A stretch of 64,000 nt of DNA. It comes from an uncultured Verrucomicrobiae bacterium (lineage in GTDB: Bacteria > Verrucomicrobiota > Verrucomicrobiia > Chthoniobacterales > Chthoniobacteraceae). The stretch is from assembly GCA_963769025.1 (NCBI GenBank), contig CAVYKI010000012.1:32001-96000 (forward strand), in the 5' to 3' direction. Below, piece by piece: positions 49,232 to 58,508 of the stretch; the first letter of the stretch is position 1; every line of letters starts with the position of its first letter. The notes beneath the pieces are model-generated. The model worked only from the letters and a program-made list of their open reading frames with translations. It was not told where the DNA came from and did not search any database. The translations under genes were made by a program, and so were the position numbers.

Positions 49232-50102
49232 AGGCGAGGAAAACGCGGCAAACCAGGCCGGTGAGGATGACGGTGATGAGCGGCGCGATGCCGACACGGA
49301 TGTCGGCGCCGATCCACGGCAGTTTGTCGGGGGCGAAGTAGGCGAATTTTCCGAAGCCCTGCACGCAAAACACCCAGCCCGCGTGCAGGCCGATGCTGAG
49401 CCAGAGCGAGTGCGTGCGCTGCGTGGCCCAGCCGAGCACCCATCCGACCGCAAGGAGGGTGGTGAACGACGCGGCGACCATCACCGGCTCGCTCCACTGG
49501 CCGAACACGGCGGGAATCAATTCGAAGCCGGAGGACCACGTGACGTCGGCGGGCGCGATGCCGGTCTTTACCGGCTTGATGAAGTGCAGCACTGCGAAGA
49601 ACACCGAGCTGGCGAAGAGTGCCCCGAAGCGCGACATCGAGCGCTGGAACAGGCCGAGGAACGCGCCGCGGAAAATGCATTCCTCGATGAAGCCCACGCT
49701 CGCGGCGGTGAAGAGCACCTTGGGCAATTCGCCGGGGAGCCGCTCTGCGGGCGGACGGAAAATGACGCCGCCAAATGCGAACAGGATTAGCGACATCACG
49801 GCCATGAGCGCGATGGCGGCGGCGAAGCCGAAGGTCAGCCGCCGTGCCCACTGCGTATCCCAGCGCAGGCCGAGCTCGGCGAGCGAGCGCACGCGCAACG
49901 AACGTGCGAGCGGCCACAGGAGGAGGACGGCGACGATTTCAACGATGCGGGTGAAATAGCGATGAAAACCCTGCCCCGTGATGGCCGGAAAAATGCCGCG
50001 GTCGGCGAGCGAATGGCCGTACTTGAACACAAGCGGCGCGAGCAGTGCGCCGATTGCGAGCGACGCGGCGAGGTAGAGCAAGAGCTTGCGAAGATCCTTC
50101 AA
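49206..50102 (-). CDS. CPBP (CAAX/Abi) intramembrane glutamic metalloprotease
   Basis: EECIFRG, FAVLH, SIGLHAGW; multiple TM helices. Confidence 0.88.
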   Translation of the reverse strand: MKDLRKLLLYLAASLAIGALLAPLVFKYGHSLADRGIFPAITGQGFHRYFTRIVEIVAVLLLWPLARSLRVRSLAELGLRWDTQWARRLTFGFAAAIALMAVMSLILFAFGGVIFRPPAERLPGELPKVLFTAASVGFIEECIFRGAFLGLFQRSMSRFGALFASSVFFAVLHFIKPVKTGIAPADVTWSSGFELIPAVFGQWSEPVMVAASFTTLLAVGWVLGWATQRTHSLWLSIGLHAGWVFCVQGFGKFAYFAPDKLPWIGADIRVGIAPLITVILTGLVCRVFLAYGTRKDGA

Positions 50103-50140
50103 AGTGGCGTCTATCTCTCAGAAATCGAAACCCCGCTCCA

Positions 50141-50422
50141 TTGAAAATCCGTTCCCGAAACATTCACGCCTGGAAGCACACCACGGACGACGGTGAAAAA
50201 CGCGAGGTGCGCGCGGAGAAATTTGGCGGCAGGTGGCGCATCCAGGCGAAGCTCCGCGACGACGAGTCGTGGACCTATTACGACGCGCCGCTGATGGACG
50301 ATCTCCTCGAACTGCGGCGCGTGCTTTGGAACAAGTATCAGCGGAAGCATCTCGCTTTCGAAGATGTCGCCGCGGTGGACAAGATGATCGTGGACCAAGG
50401 CGGCACGGTGCCGGAGATGTGA
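50141..50422 (+). CDS. Small conserved-looking hypothetical protein
   Basis: HAWKHTTDDGEKREVRAEKFGGRWRIQAK...LWNKYQRKH; start uncertain (TTG at 50141). Confidence 0.65.
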   Translation: MKIRSRNIHAWKHTTDDGEKREVRAEKFGGRWRIQAKLRDDESWTYYDAPLMDDLLELRRVLWNKYQRKHLAFEDVAAVDKMIVDQGGTVPEM

Positions 50423-50449
50423 CGGCATCGGCGGGAATGCGGCCCGCAT

Positions 50450-50884
50450 TCAGCTGAAGATGCGCTTGTAGAGCTTCTCGTTCGTGCCGAGGTAAAACCA
50501 CGCGGCGATGATCAGCAGCGCGAAGACGTTGAGCCAGAAACCCCACGTCGCGCGCCGGCGGCCATGCGGCCATCTGCCGATCGCGCGGTGCTCGGCGATG
50601 GCGGCGAGGGCGATGCCGGCGCTGAGCACGTGAAAGAATGTGGACGTAACGATGGTCCAGAACGCGCCGGTCTCCGTTCCGCCGCCGAAGGTGCGCACCA
50701 TCCACACGGCAGCCTCGATGAGCAGCGCGATGAAAAACAGATTCGTCGCAATGCCGGACTTCCGGTTCATGTCCTTGGAGTGGAGGGACGCCACGTTGAT
50801 GATGAGCCCGACGACAATCATGCCGACGGGCACCAGGCCAATCCACGCGTAGGTCTGGTCGATGGCCGCGAGGAACGTGTTCAT
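50450..50884 (-). CDS. Hypothetical 4-TM membrane protein
   Basis: ATG overlaps the holB TGA; four hydrophobic segments. Confidence 0.7.
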   Translation of the reverse strand: MNTFLAAIDQTYAWIGLVPVGMIVVGLIINVASLHSKDMNRKSGIATNLFFIALLIEAAVWMVRTFGGGTETGAFWTIVTSTFFHVLSAGIALAAIAEHRAIGRWPHGRRRATWGFWLNVFALLIIAAWFYLGTNEKLYKRIFS

Positions 50885-51849
50885 GCGGCGAAGGCGTCCA
50901 TGAATGCGACCTCCACGGCAAGCTGCTCCTGCACGTTGCGCCCGAAATTTTCCCGCAACCCGCCGATGGCTGCGGCGCGGTCGATCACGTCGGAAACGGG
51001 GAGACGGCCCGCGAGGGCGGCGGTGTCGGCGGAGAAATCCGGGAGGTCGAGATGGGAGGCGTGCTGCTGCTGGCGGAGGACGTCGGCCCACCAGCATTCC
51101 AGCGTGTCCACGAGCACGCCGCGCTCGTTGCGATAGCGGGCTTCGGCGAGCGCCTTGTGGAAATCCTCGCGGTCATCGAGCCAGCCGGCACCCACGCCGC
51201 TGGCCTCGCGATAGCGTTTGGACTCGGCCTTGAACGCCGCTTCCGTCTCGTCGGAAATCGTCTGCCGCGCCTCGGCCAGGAGCGCCTGCACTTCGCGGAC
51301 GAGGCCGAAAATCTGCGGGAGTTCCGGGCGGGGTACGGTGAAGTATCTGCGCAGCGATTCGGCGAGCCGGCGCTGGCGGTCGGAGAGCCCGCGGCGGACG
51401 CCGGGTGCCAGCGGGATCTCGATGCAGCGGGAGAGGATTGTTTCGAGCAGCAGCTCCGGAAAATTGCTGACGAGGAGGATGTGGGAATTGCGCGGCGGCT
51501 CCTCGAGGGTCTTGAGAAATGCGTTGGCAGCCTGCTCGCCGAGCCGGTCAGCGTCGAAAATGATGACGACCTTGCGCCCGCCGCGCAACGCGCGCATCTG
51601 CAATTCGCGCTCAAGGTCGCGCACCTGGTCGATCGAGATGCGCCGCGACTTCGACTCAGGCTCGGCGATGTGGACATCCGGGTGCTTCAATGGCGCGGCA
51701 GAGTCGCCGACGAGGATGCCGGTGAGCCCGGCGGCGACCTCGCGCGTGCCGCTGCCGACCGGGCCGGTGATCAGGTAGGCGTGCGCGAGGCGGTCGTTTG
51801 CCTGCGCTTTGCGGAGAAGGGTGAGGGCTTGGTCGGCGGAAAATGCCAT
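50881..51849 (-). CDS. holB: DNA polymerase III delta-prime subunit
   Basis: AHAYLITGP, HPDV, ISIDQVR, AANAFLKTLEEPP, TILSRC. Confidence 0.9.
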   Translation of the reverse strand: MAFSADQALTLLRKAQANDRLAHAYLITGPVGSGTREVAAGLTGILVGDSAAPLKHPDVHIAEPESKSRRISIDQVRDLERELQMRALRGGRKVVIIFDADRLGEQAANAFLKTLEEPPRNSHILLVSNFPELLLETILSRCIEIPLAPGVRRGLSDRQRRLAESLRRYFTVPRPELPQIFGLVREVQALLAEARQTISDETEAAFKAESKRYREASGVGAGWLDDREDFHKALAEARYRNERGVLVDTLECWWADVLRQQQHASHLDLPDFSADTAALAGRLPVSDVIDRAAAIGGLRENFGRNVQEQLAVEVAFMDAFAA

Positions 51850-51916
51850 CGGGCCGCGACTAGATGCGGAATCGCAACGGCCGGCGCAAAGAGAAAAACC
51901 GCGGGCGCGCGGGGCG

Positions 51917-52801
51917 CTACTTGGTCACCACCACCGGCAGGTCGTCCCCGGAGGCCGGACGGTTCGTCTTTTCCGCCTTGGCGAGCCGGGTCTGCTTGCG
52001 GCGCGCGTCGATCACAAAGGTGTTGTTTTCACCGTACCGCGACCACGGACCCGGCGGGATGTCGGAGTATTCGACGAATTTCCAATCCACGACATCCGTG
52101 CCAGCCATGCCGAGGTGGTCGCGCACCGCAGGCGACACATCCAGCCCCGCGCCGCGGTTCAGGTTCCATTGGGGACGCTCATTCCCAAAGACATACTGCC
52201 AGTGGTCCGTGCGGAACGGCCCGCAGTCCGACCATTGCGCGTAGCAGACGCGGGTGCCCTTGCGGATCATGATCCAGCGGTCGCGGCAGACGGATCGGCC
52301 CTCCTGCTCAAAGATGGCGTTGAACCAAGGGATGACCTTGCGTGCCTCGGGCTTGTGGCGCCCCTGGCTGACGTCGTTATACGGCAGCGCGAAGTAGAAT
52401 GGGTTCCCCTGCGGGATGAATGCAGCCGGAATGGTGCCGCCGCCGGGCAATTGCCGGCGCGCAGCGGGGGCCGGGTTGTCGAATCCGCCAAATGTGTTGT
52501 GCCAGTACAGATCCCACGAGCTGGAAAAATTATGCACCGGGTTGTTCACCGTCGCGTGCTCGCCCACCCAGAAGGTCGTCGTGACGATGTTCAGCTTCCA
52601 CGGGTAAAGGCCGCGGACGCCGTCCTTATTGGACTCCGTGGGCACGATCACCTGCGGTTCCAGCCGGAGGATGGATTCCTCACGCAACTTCATCGCGTAC
52701 CGGGCGAAGTCCGTGCTGCTCTGGTAAGGGGTTTGAGCGGTCGCCCATCCCGTCATGGCCAGAAGCCATGCGAATGTGACGAAAGCCTTGGTGATAATCA
52801 T
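51917..52801 (-). CDS. Secreted protein, possible double-psi beta-barrel (RlpA/expansin-like)
   Basis: Signal peptide; TTFWVGE, NPFYFALPYND, WSDCGPF, GLDVSPAV. Confidence 0.65.
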   Translation of the reverse strand: MIITKAFVTFAWLLAMTGWATAQTPYQSSTDFARYAMKLREESILRLEPQVIVPTESNKDGVRGLYPWKLNIVTTTFWVGEHATVNNPVHNFSSSWDLYWHNTFGGFDNPAPAARRQLPGGGTIPAAFIPQGNPFYFALPYNDVSQGRHKPEARKVIPWFNAIFEQEGRSVCRDRWIMIRKGTRVCYAQWSDCGPFRTDHWQYVFGNERPQWNLNRGAGLDVSPAVRDHLGMAGTDVVDWKFVEYSDIPPGPWSRYGENNTFVIDARRKQTRLAKAEKTNRPASGDDLPVVVTK

Positions 52802-53025
52802 TTGGGGAATGCGCCAACCTAGGAATGAAGCGGGCAGGCGCAAGCTGGAATTTCCCAGCGTGGTGCAGAACGGGCGTGACATGGGCTGATATCTCCAGAG
52901 AGACAAAGCAGCGATGATGCCTGAAAAGCGTCACGCGCGTGTTAATCGAATCGACCTCTAATTTTCGCGGCGACTCCCGGCTTTGAACATTCGCCCGTTC
53001 GCCGCGTCGAACTGCCAGCCAAACC

Positions 53026-54192
53026 ATGCATCATCGCTCCCATTTCGGCCCGACGCCCGCTGCGTTCGACTGGCAACCCCGCACACGGATCGTCTTCGGC
53101 CCGGGATCTCTGGGAAAAGTCGGCACACTGGCTGCCGAAATCGGCGCGAAGCGTGCGCTGATCGTCACGGACAAGGGCATCGCCGCCGCCGGACACGCCG
53201 AGCACGCCCGCGCCGCGATGGTGGCCGCCGGGGTGGAAGTCACGGTTTTTGACGCCGTCCACGAAAACCCCACGACCAGCGACGTCCGGCGCTGCATGGA
53301 GGCCGCGGCCGCGGCGAACGTGGACCTTTTTATCGGCCTCGGCGGTGGCAGCAGCATCGACACGGCAAAGGGGTGCAACCTCCTGCTGACCAATGGCGGC
53401 GAGATGAAGGACTATTGGGGCGTCGGCAAGGCGACCAAGCCGCTCCTCCCGCTCATCGCCATCCCCACGACCGCCGGGACGGGCAGCGAATGCCAGTCCG
53501 CCGCGCTCATCATGGACGAGGTCACCCATCACAAGATGGCCTGCCTGGACCCGAAAATCTCCGCGCGCGTGGCCATCCTCGACCCGGAACTCACGCTCAG
53601 CCAGCCGGCACGCGTGACCGCTTGCACGGGCATGGACGCGATTTCGCACGCCGTCGAGACCGCCGTCACCCGCAAGCGCACCGCGATGAGCGCCATTTTC
53701 TCCCGCGAGGCGTTCCGGCTGTGCTACGAGTCGTTCTCCCGCATCCTCGCCAATCCTTCGGACCTCGCCGCCCGCAGCCAGATGCAGCTTGGCGCGGCGC
53801 ACGGGGGGACGGCCATCGAGTGCTCGATGCTCGGCGCGGCGCACAGCGCGGCAAATCCGCTCACCTCGCGGCACGGCGTCGTCCACGGCCAAGCCGTGGG
53901 GCTCCTCCTGCCGTCCATCGTGCGTTTCAACGCCTCCGAACCCGCCGCCGCCGCGGGCTACATGGAGCTCTGCCACGCCGCCGGCCTGCCGGACATCGAG
54001 TCGCTCGCCCAGGCGCTCGAGGAAACGCTGCGCCTCGCCGGCCTCGCCGCGCCGCTCGCCAGTTTCGGGATCAAACGGGAATCCATCCCCACCCTCGCGC
54101 TCGAAGCCTCCCGCCAGTGGACCGCCACCTTCAACCCGCGCGCCATCACCCCCGCGGACTTCGCGAAAATCTACGAGGCGCTGCTGGGGTGA
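53026..54192 (+). CDS. Iron-containing alcohol dehydrogenase
   Basis: GGGSSIDTAK, IPTTAGTGSE, GMDAISHAVE, GAAHSAANPL, HG. Confidence 0.93.
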   Translation: MHHRSHFGPTPAAFDWQPRTRIVFGPGSLGKVGTLAAEIGAKRALIVTDKGIAAAGHAEHARAAMVAAGVEVTVFDAVHENPTTSDVRRCMEAAAAANVDLFIGLGGGSSIDTAKGCNLLLTNGGEMKDYWGVGKATKPLLPLIAIPTTAGTGSECQSAALIMDEVTHHKMACLDPKISARVAILDPELTLSQPARVTACTGMDAISHAVETAVTRKRTAMSAIFSREAFRLCYESFSRILANPSDLAARSQMQLGAAHGGTAIECSMLGAAHSAANPLTSRHGVVHGQAVGLLLPSIVRFNASEPAAAAGYMELCHAAGLPDIESLAQALEETLRLAGLAAPLASFGIKRESIPTLALEASRQWTATFNPRAITPADFAKIYEALLG

Positions 54193-54201
54193 TTCACGCG
54201 C

Positions 54202-54230
54202 TTGCCGCGGACCAAACGGCGGATTAACTT
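54202..54230 (+). promoter_or_regulatory. Putative sigma-70 promoter for a leaderless antitoxin mRNA
   Basis: TTGCCG-N17-TAACTT-N6-ATG; no Shine-Dalgarno. Confidence 0.5.
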
Positions 54231-54236
54231 CGCGCC

Positions 54237-54461
54237 ATGCTCAAGGAGGCCATCCCACGTTTCGCCGAACTCAGTTCATCCGAGAAACTCCTGCTGCTGG
54301 AGGAGCTTTGGGACGACCTGGCTGACCATCCTTCGGAGGTTCCCGTGCCGGACTGGCAGAAGCGCGAGTTGGAAAAGCGCTACGAGGAATATCTCCGCAA
54401 TCCCGCAGAGGGATCGCCGTGGCCCGAGGTGCGGGAGCGTCTTCTGCGGAATTTTCAATGA
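54237..54461 (+). CDS. Addiction-module antitoxin (TIGR02574-like)
   Basis: LSSSEKLLLLEELWDDL...PDWQKRELEKR...PWPEVRERL. Confidence 0.88.
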   Translation: MLKEAIPRFAELSSSEKLLLLEELWDDLADHPSEVPVPDWQKRELEKRYEEYLRNPAEGSPWPEVRERLLRNFQ

Positions 54462-54781
54462 GCCATGCGCTCATCATTCGCCGCCGCGCGGAGCACGACA
54501 TGGCGGAAGCGGGCCTTTGGTATGAATGCCGCCGCATTGGGACGGGGCTCCATTTCATCCGGTGTGTGGATGCCGCGATTGCGCTCATCACCCGCCATCC
54601 CGAAACCGGGCCGGTGCAGTTTGGGAAATTTCGCCGAGCCCTCGTCTCCCGGTTTCCCTTTGGCGTTTTCTACACGATCGAATCGGACACCGTGATCGTT
54701 CATGCCGTTTTTCACTCCTCGCGTGATCCAAACAAGATTCGCAAATTGCTGGAGTCCGAGAGCGATGAACCAACAGTATGA
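54458..54781 (+). CDS. RelE/ParE-family toxin
   Basis: AEHDMAEAGLWYE...RRALVSRFPFGVFY...AVFHSSRDP; ATGA coupling to the antitoxin. Confidence 0.88.
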   Translation: MSHALIIRRRAEHDMAEAGLWYECRRIGTGLHFIRCVDAAIALITRHPETGPVQFGKFRRALVSRFPFGVFYTIESDTVIVHAVFHSSRDPNKIRKLLESESDEPTV

Positions 54782-54899
54782 AGTCGCTGCGACAGCAAAG
54801 CGCGCAGTTCAACTCGCGCTCGATCATGCTGACGGATTTCGCGTGGATCTTTGAATCCATGTCTGGTGTTTTTTCCGAACCCTGTAGGAAATTCCCACA

Positions 54900-55679
54900 A
54901 TGAGCTTCTCGTCTACAACTCGCGCGCGTCTTGGCCACTACGTCTATGCGCTCGTGGATCCGGCCTCGAACGTGATCTTCTATGTTGGCAAGGCGAGCGG
55001 CAACAACCGCGCTTTCAATCACCTCGCCGCGAAACAAGACGAAAGGGAGAAGCAGCAGCGAATTCGCAAAATCCGTGCTGTCGGCTGCGAGCCATCCGTC
55101 GAAATTCTTCGCTACGGCCTCACCTCTGCGGAAGCGGCACACGACGTTGAAGCGGCTATAATTGATTCGCTCGGCGTTGAAAACCTCACAAATGAAGTTC
55201 GCGGACACGGTGTTGCTCGCGGTCGTCTCACAGCAAAAGAGGCGGAGCGCTTGCATGGCTCAAAGCCAGTGGAGATCAACACGATCCGCGAACCATCCAT
55301 TCTCTTTTTCCTCAATCAAACCTACTCTCCCACGCTGAGCGAACAGGATCTCTACGACTGCGCTCGTCAGTTCTGGGGTGTTGGAACGGAATCCCGCGAC
55401 CCCACTGCCTACGGCCTGCCTTACAAGGTGGCGCTCGCGATCGCAGACAGCGTGGTCGTTGGTGCCTATTCGATTGCTGCCTGGTTCCCGGCAGGAACAA
55501 CGTTGTCCACGAGGAAGTATGAACGGGGGCAGCGCAAAAAGTGGGAGTTTGTAGGAAACGTTCTGCCAAAACATAAGTTGGTGGGTCGGCGGTTAACCGA
55601 TGGCGGCAAACCTCTGCCTGCCAGCCAACGTGGCTTTGGTTACATTCCGCCGAAATCCACCACATTAGCGCAGCGATGA
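54900..55679 (+). CDS. LEM-3-like GIY-YIG nuclease domain protein
   Basis: YVYALVDP..IFYVGKASGNNRAFNH...VEAAIID...LTNEVRG; AT-richer codon usage. Confidence 0.8.
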   Translation: MSFSSTTRARLGHYVYALVDPASNVIFYVGKASGNNRAFNHLAAKQDEREKQQRIRKIRAVGCEPSVEILRYGLTSAEAAHDVEAAIIDSLGVENLTNEVRGHGVARGRLTAKEAERLHGSKPVEINTIREPSILFFLNQTYSPTLSEQDLYDCARQFWGVGTESRDPTAYGLPYKVALAIADSVVVGAYSIAAWFPAGTTLSTRKYERGQRKKWEFVGNVLPKHKLVGRRLTDGGKPLPASQRGFGYIPPKSTTLAQR

Positions 55680-56827
55680 ATTTCAATATGACCTCAAATT
55701 TTCACCGCTCTCTTCGACTAAGCATCTTCCTCACTTTCTTCGCCGTCCTCGCGATTTCGCAAAGCCTCGCCGCCGACTGGCCGATGCACCGGGGCGGGCC
55801 TTTGCTGCAGGGGCGGGCGGATGAGGCGGCTCCGGCGCAGGCGGCCCTGCGGTGGACTTTCAAGGCGGGCGCTCCGGTGAAGGGAGGCGCGGCCATCGTC
55901 GGCGGGCGCGTTTATTTTGGCGATGACGGCGGCGCGGTGCACTGCGTCGGGCTCGCGGATGGGAAGGAGGTCTGGACCTTCAAGACCGAGGGCGGCATCG
56001 AGGCCACGCCGCTGCTGCTCGACGGGCTGTGCTACATCGGCGCGTCGGACGGATTCCTGTACGCTCTCGACGCCGCGACGGGCGCGCTGAAATGGAAGCA
56101 TGAGACCCAGGACAAAATCCTGGGCGGCGCGAACTGGACCAAGGCGCCGGATTCGGACGCCAAGTGGGTGCTCGTGGGCAGCTACGATTTTGCGATGTAT
56201 TGCCTCGATGCGAAGACCGGGAAGGTCGTGTGGAAGCTCGAGACCGAGAATTTCATCAACGGCACGCCGACCATCACCGCCAAGGGCGAGACGGTCTTTG
56301 GCGGGTGCGATGCGCTCCTGCACGTCGTGTCGGTGAAGGACGGCAAGGAGGCGCGCCAGATCGAGGCCGAGGCCTACATCCCAGGCAGCGCGGCGGCGGA
56401 TGGGTCGATGGTCTATTTCGGCAACCACGCCAATTTCGTCTTCGCGTTTGACATCGCGACCGGGAAGAACCTGTGGAAATACCGCGAGCGCAGCTTCCCG
56501 TATTTCTCCTCGCCGGCGATCAACGACGACGTCGTGCTCATCGGCGGACGCGACAAACGGCTGCACTGCATCGACCGCAAGACCGGCGACGGTCGCTGGG
56601 TTTTCGCCACGCGTGGAGAAGTGGACAGCTCGCCGGTGCTCTGCAAGGACGGCGGCATCATCTTCGGCAGCGGCGACGGGCGGCTCTACTGCGTCAATCT
56701 GGCCGACGGCAAGGAACGCTGGGCCTACGAAATCGGCTCGCCCATCACCGCCAGCCCGGCGGTGGCGGACGGCGCGATCGTCATCGGGGCGGAAGATGGC
56801 AATGTTTACTGCATCGGGGGAAAGTAG
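55676..56827 (+). CDS. PQQ-like beta-propeller (BamB/AfsK-like) exported protein
   Basis: ADWPMHRGG; repeated SSP...YxG..DG.LYALD..TG..W units. Confidence 0.88.
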   Translation: MNFNMTSNFHRSLRLSIFLTFFAVLAISQSLAADWPMHRGGPLLQGRADEAAPAQAALRWTFKAGAPVKGGAAIVGGRVYFGDDGGAVHCVGLADGKEVWTFKTEGGIEATPLLLDGLCYIGASDGFLYALDAATGALKWKHETQDKILGGANWTKAPDSDAKWVLVGSYDFAMYCLDAKTGKVVWKLETENFINGTPTITAKGETVFGGCDALLHVVSVKDGKEARQIEAEAYIPGSAAADGSMVYFGNHANFVFAFDIATGKNLWKYRERSFPYFSSPAINDDVVLIGGRDKRLHCIDRKTGDGRWVFATRGEVDSSPVLCKDGGIIFGSGDGRLYCVNLADGKERWAYEIGSPITASPAVADGAIVIGAEDGNVYCIGGK

Positions 56828-57065
56828 GGCGGGCGGAAGGGTTGCGGCGCGAACCCATTCCCAAACTTGCTCCATTTCCGGACGCACAGACTCAACCCGG
56901 ATTACGATTCAGAGCTGGACGCGGAAAATGCGCCGAATCGAGATGCGGCACCGGACGGCTGCTTCACCGCGCCAATCCGGCCCACTTTTCACGGCAGCCT
57001 AAATACAGAATCCCTTGCAGCCCCGCCTTGCGCGGGGACGTTTCCACCGTTACATCCGCCCCCCC

Positions 57066-58508
57066 GTGCAACCCACCATCCTCATCGTCGACGACGAAAA
57101 GCATACCCGCGAAGGGCTGCGCGCGTCGTTGGAGGATTCGTTCGATGTGTATATCGCGCCGGACACGGCGGGCGCGCTCGCGGTGCTGGAATCCGAGCAT
57201 GTGGACCTCATGCTCACCGACCTCCGGCTGGGCGGCGAGGACGGCATGGTGCTCATCGAAAAGGCGCTCGCCCGGCCGCATCCGCCGATCGTCATCATGA
57301 TGACCGCCTACGGCGGAGTGGACACGGCGGTCGAGGCGATGAAGCGCGGCGCGTATGATTTCGTCACCAAGCCGCTGAACATCGACCGGCTGGAAATCCT
57401 CATCCGGCGTGCCCTGCGTTCGAAGCACGTGGAGAAGGAAGTCGTCGAGCTGAAGCAGAAGGTGGAGACGAAATACGGGCTCGAAAAACTCATCGGCCAC
57501 GCCCCCGCGATGGAGGAGATTTTCGAGACCGTCCGGCAGGTCGCGCCGAGCCGGGCGGCCGTGCTCATCACCGGCGAGAGCGGCACGGGGAAGGAACTCA
57601 TCGCGCAATCCATCCATGCGCTCAGCGGGCGGCCGAAGGAAAAATTCGTACCCGTTCACATGGCCGCATTTTCGGCGCAGCTCCTCGAGAGCGAGCTGTT
57701 CGGCCATGAGAAGGGCGCATTCACCGGCGCGAGCGAGCGGCGCATCGGGCGGTTCGAGCAGGCGAACGGAGGGACGCTCTTCCTCGATGAAATCGGAGAG
57801 ATCGACAAGAACACGCAGGTGAAGCTGCTGCGCGTCCTCGGCGAGGAGCGCAGCTTCGAGCGCGTCGGCGGCAACACGCCCATCAAGGTCGACGTCCGAC
57901 TCATCGCCGCGACGAATCGCGAACTCGAAAAGATGGTCGGGGCCGGGGAATTTCGCGACGACCTCTATTTTCGCCTCAGCGTCATCCGCATCCACATGCC
58001 GCCGCTGCGCGAACGCACGGAGGACATCCCGCTCATCGCGCATCATTTCCTGCGCGTCGCCGCGGAGGAAAACGGCAAGCCCGTCCGCGAGATGACCTCC
58101 GACGCGATGCAACTGCTCGAGCGCTACCCGTGGCCGGGCAACATTCGCGAGCTGCGCGCCGCCATCGAGCGCGCCGTCGTGATGGCCGGCGGGGCGAAAA
58201 TCACCATCCGCGATCTCCCGCAGACGGTCCGCGAGGGCGCCTCAGCGATCCCATCGACCATCGCCGGCCTGAAGCTGCCGGCCCTTTCAAAATCCGGCCA
58301 TCACCTGAACCTCCAAGAGACCGAGCAGCGGATGATTCTTCGCGCGCTGGACGAATCCGGCGGCAACGTCACCAAGGCCGCCCGCGCACTCGGCATCAGC
58401 CGGCGCACCCTGCACCGGCGGCTGAGGGAACTCCGCGACTCGGAAACCGCGGAACACGCAATCCCCGGCGGCGATCCTGCCGCACTGAAATCCCAAGATG
58501 GCGTCTGA
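57066..58508 (+). CDS. Sigma-54-dependent response regulator (NtrC/AtoC family)
   Basis: REC, GESGTGKE, ESELFGHEKGAFTGA, LFLDEIGE, WPGNIREL, Fis HTH. Confidence 0.95.
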   Translation: MQPTILIVDDEKHTREGLRASLEDSFDVYIAPDTAGALAVLESEHVDLMLTDLRLGGEDGMVLIEKALARPHPPIVIMMTAYGGVDTAVEAMKRGAYDFVTKPLNIDRLEILIRRALRSKHVEKEVVELKQKVETKYGLEKLIGHAPAMEEIFETVRQVAPSRAAVLITGESGTGKELIAQSIHALSGRPKEKFVPVHMAAFSAQLLESELFGHEKGAFTGASERRIGRFEQANGGTLFLDEIGEIDKNTQVKLLRVLGEERSFERVGGNTPIKVDVRLIAATNRELEKMVGAGEFRDDLYFRLSVIRIHMPPLRERTEDIPLIAHHFLRVAAEENGKPVREMTSDAMQLLERYPWPGNIRELRAAIERAVVMAGGAKITIRDLPQTVREGASAIPSTIAGLKLPALSKSGHHLNLQETEQRMILRALDESGGNVTKAARALGISRRTLHRRLRELRDSETAEHAIPGGDPAALKSQDGV

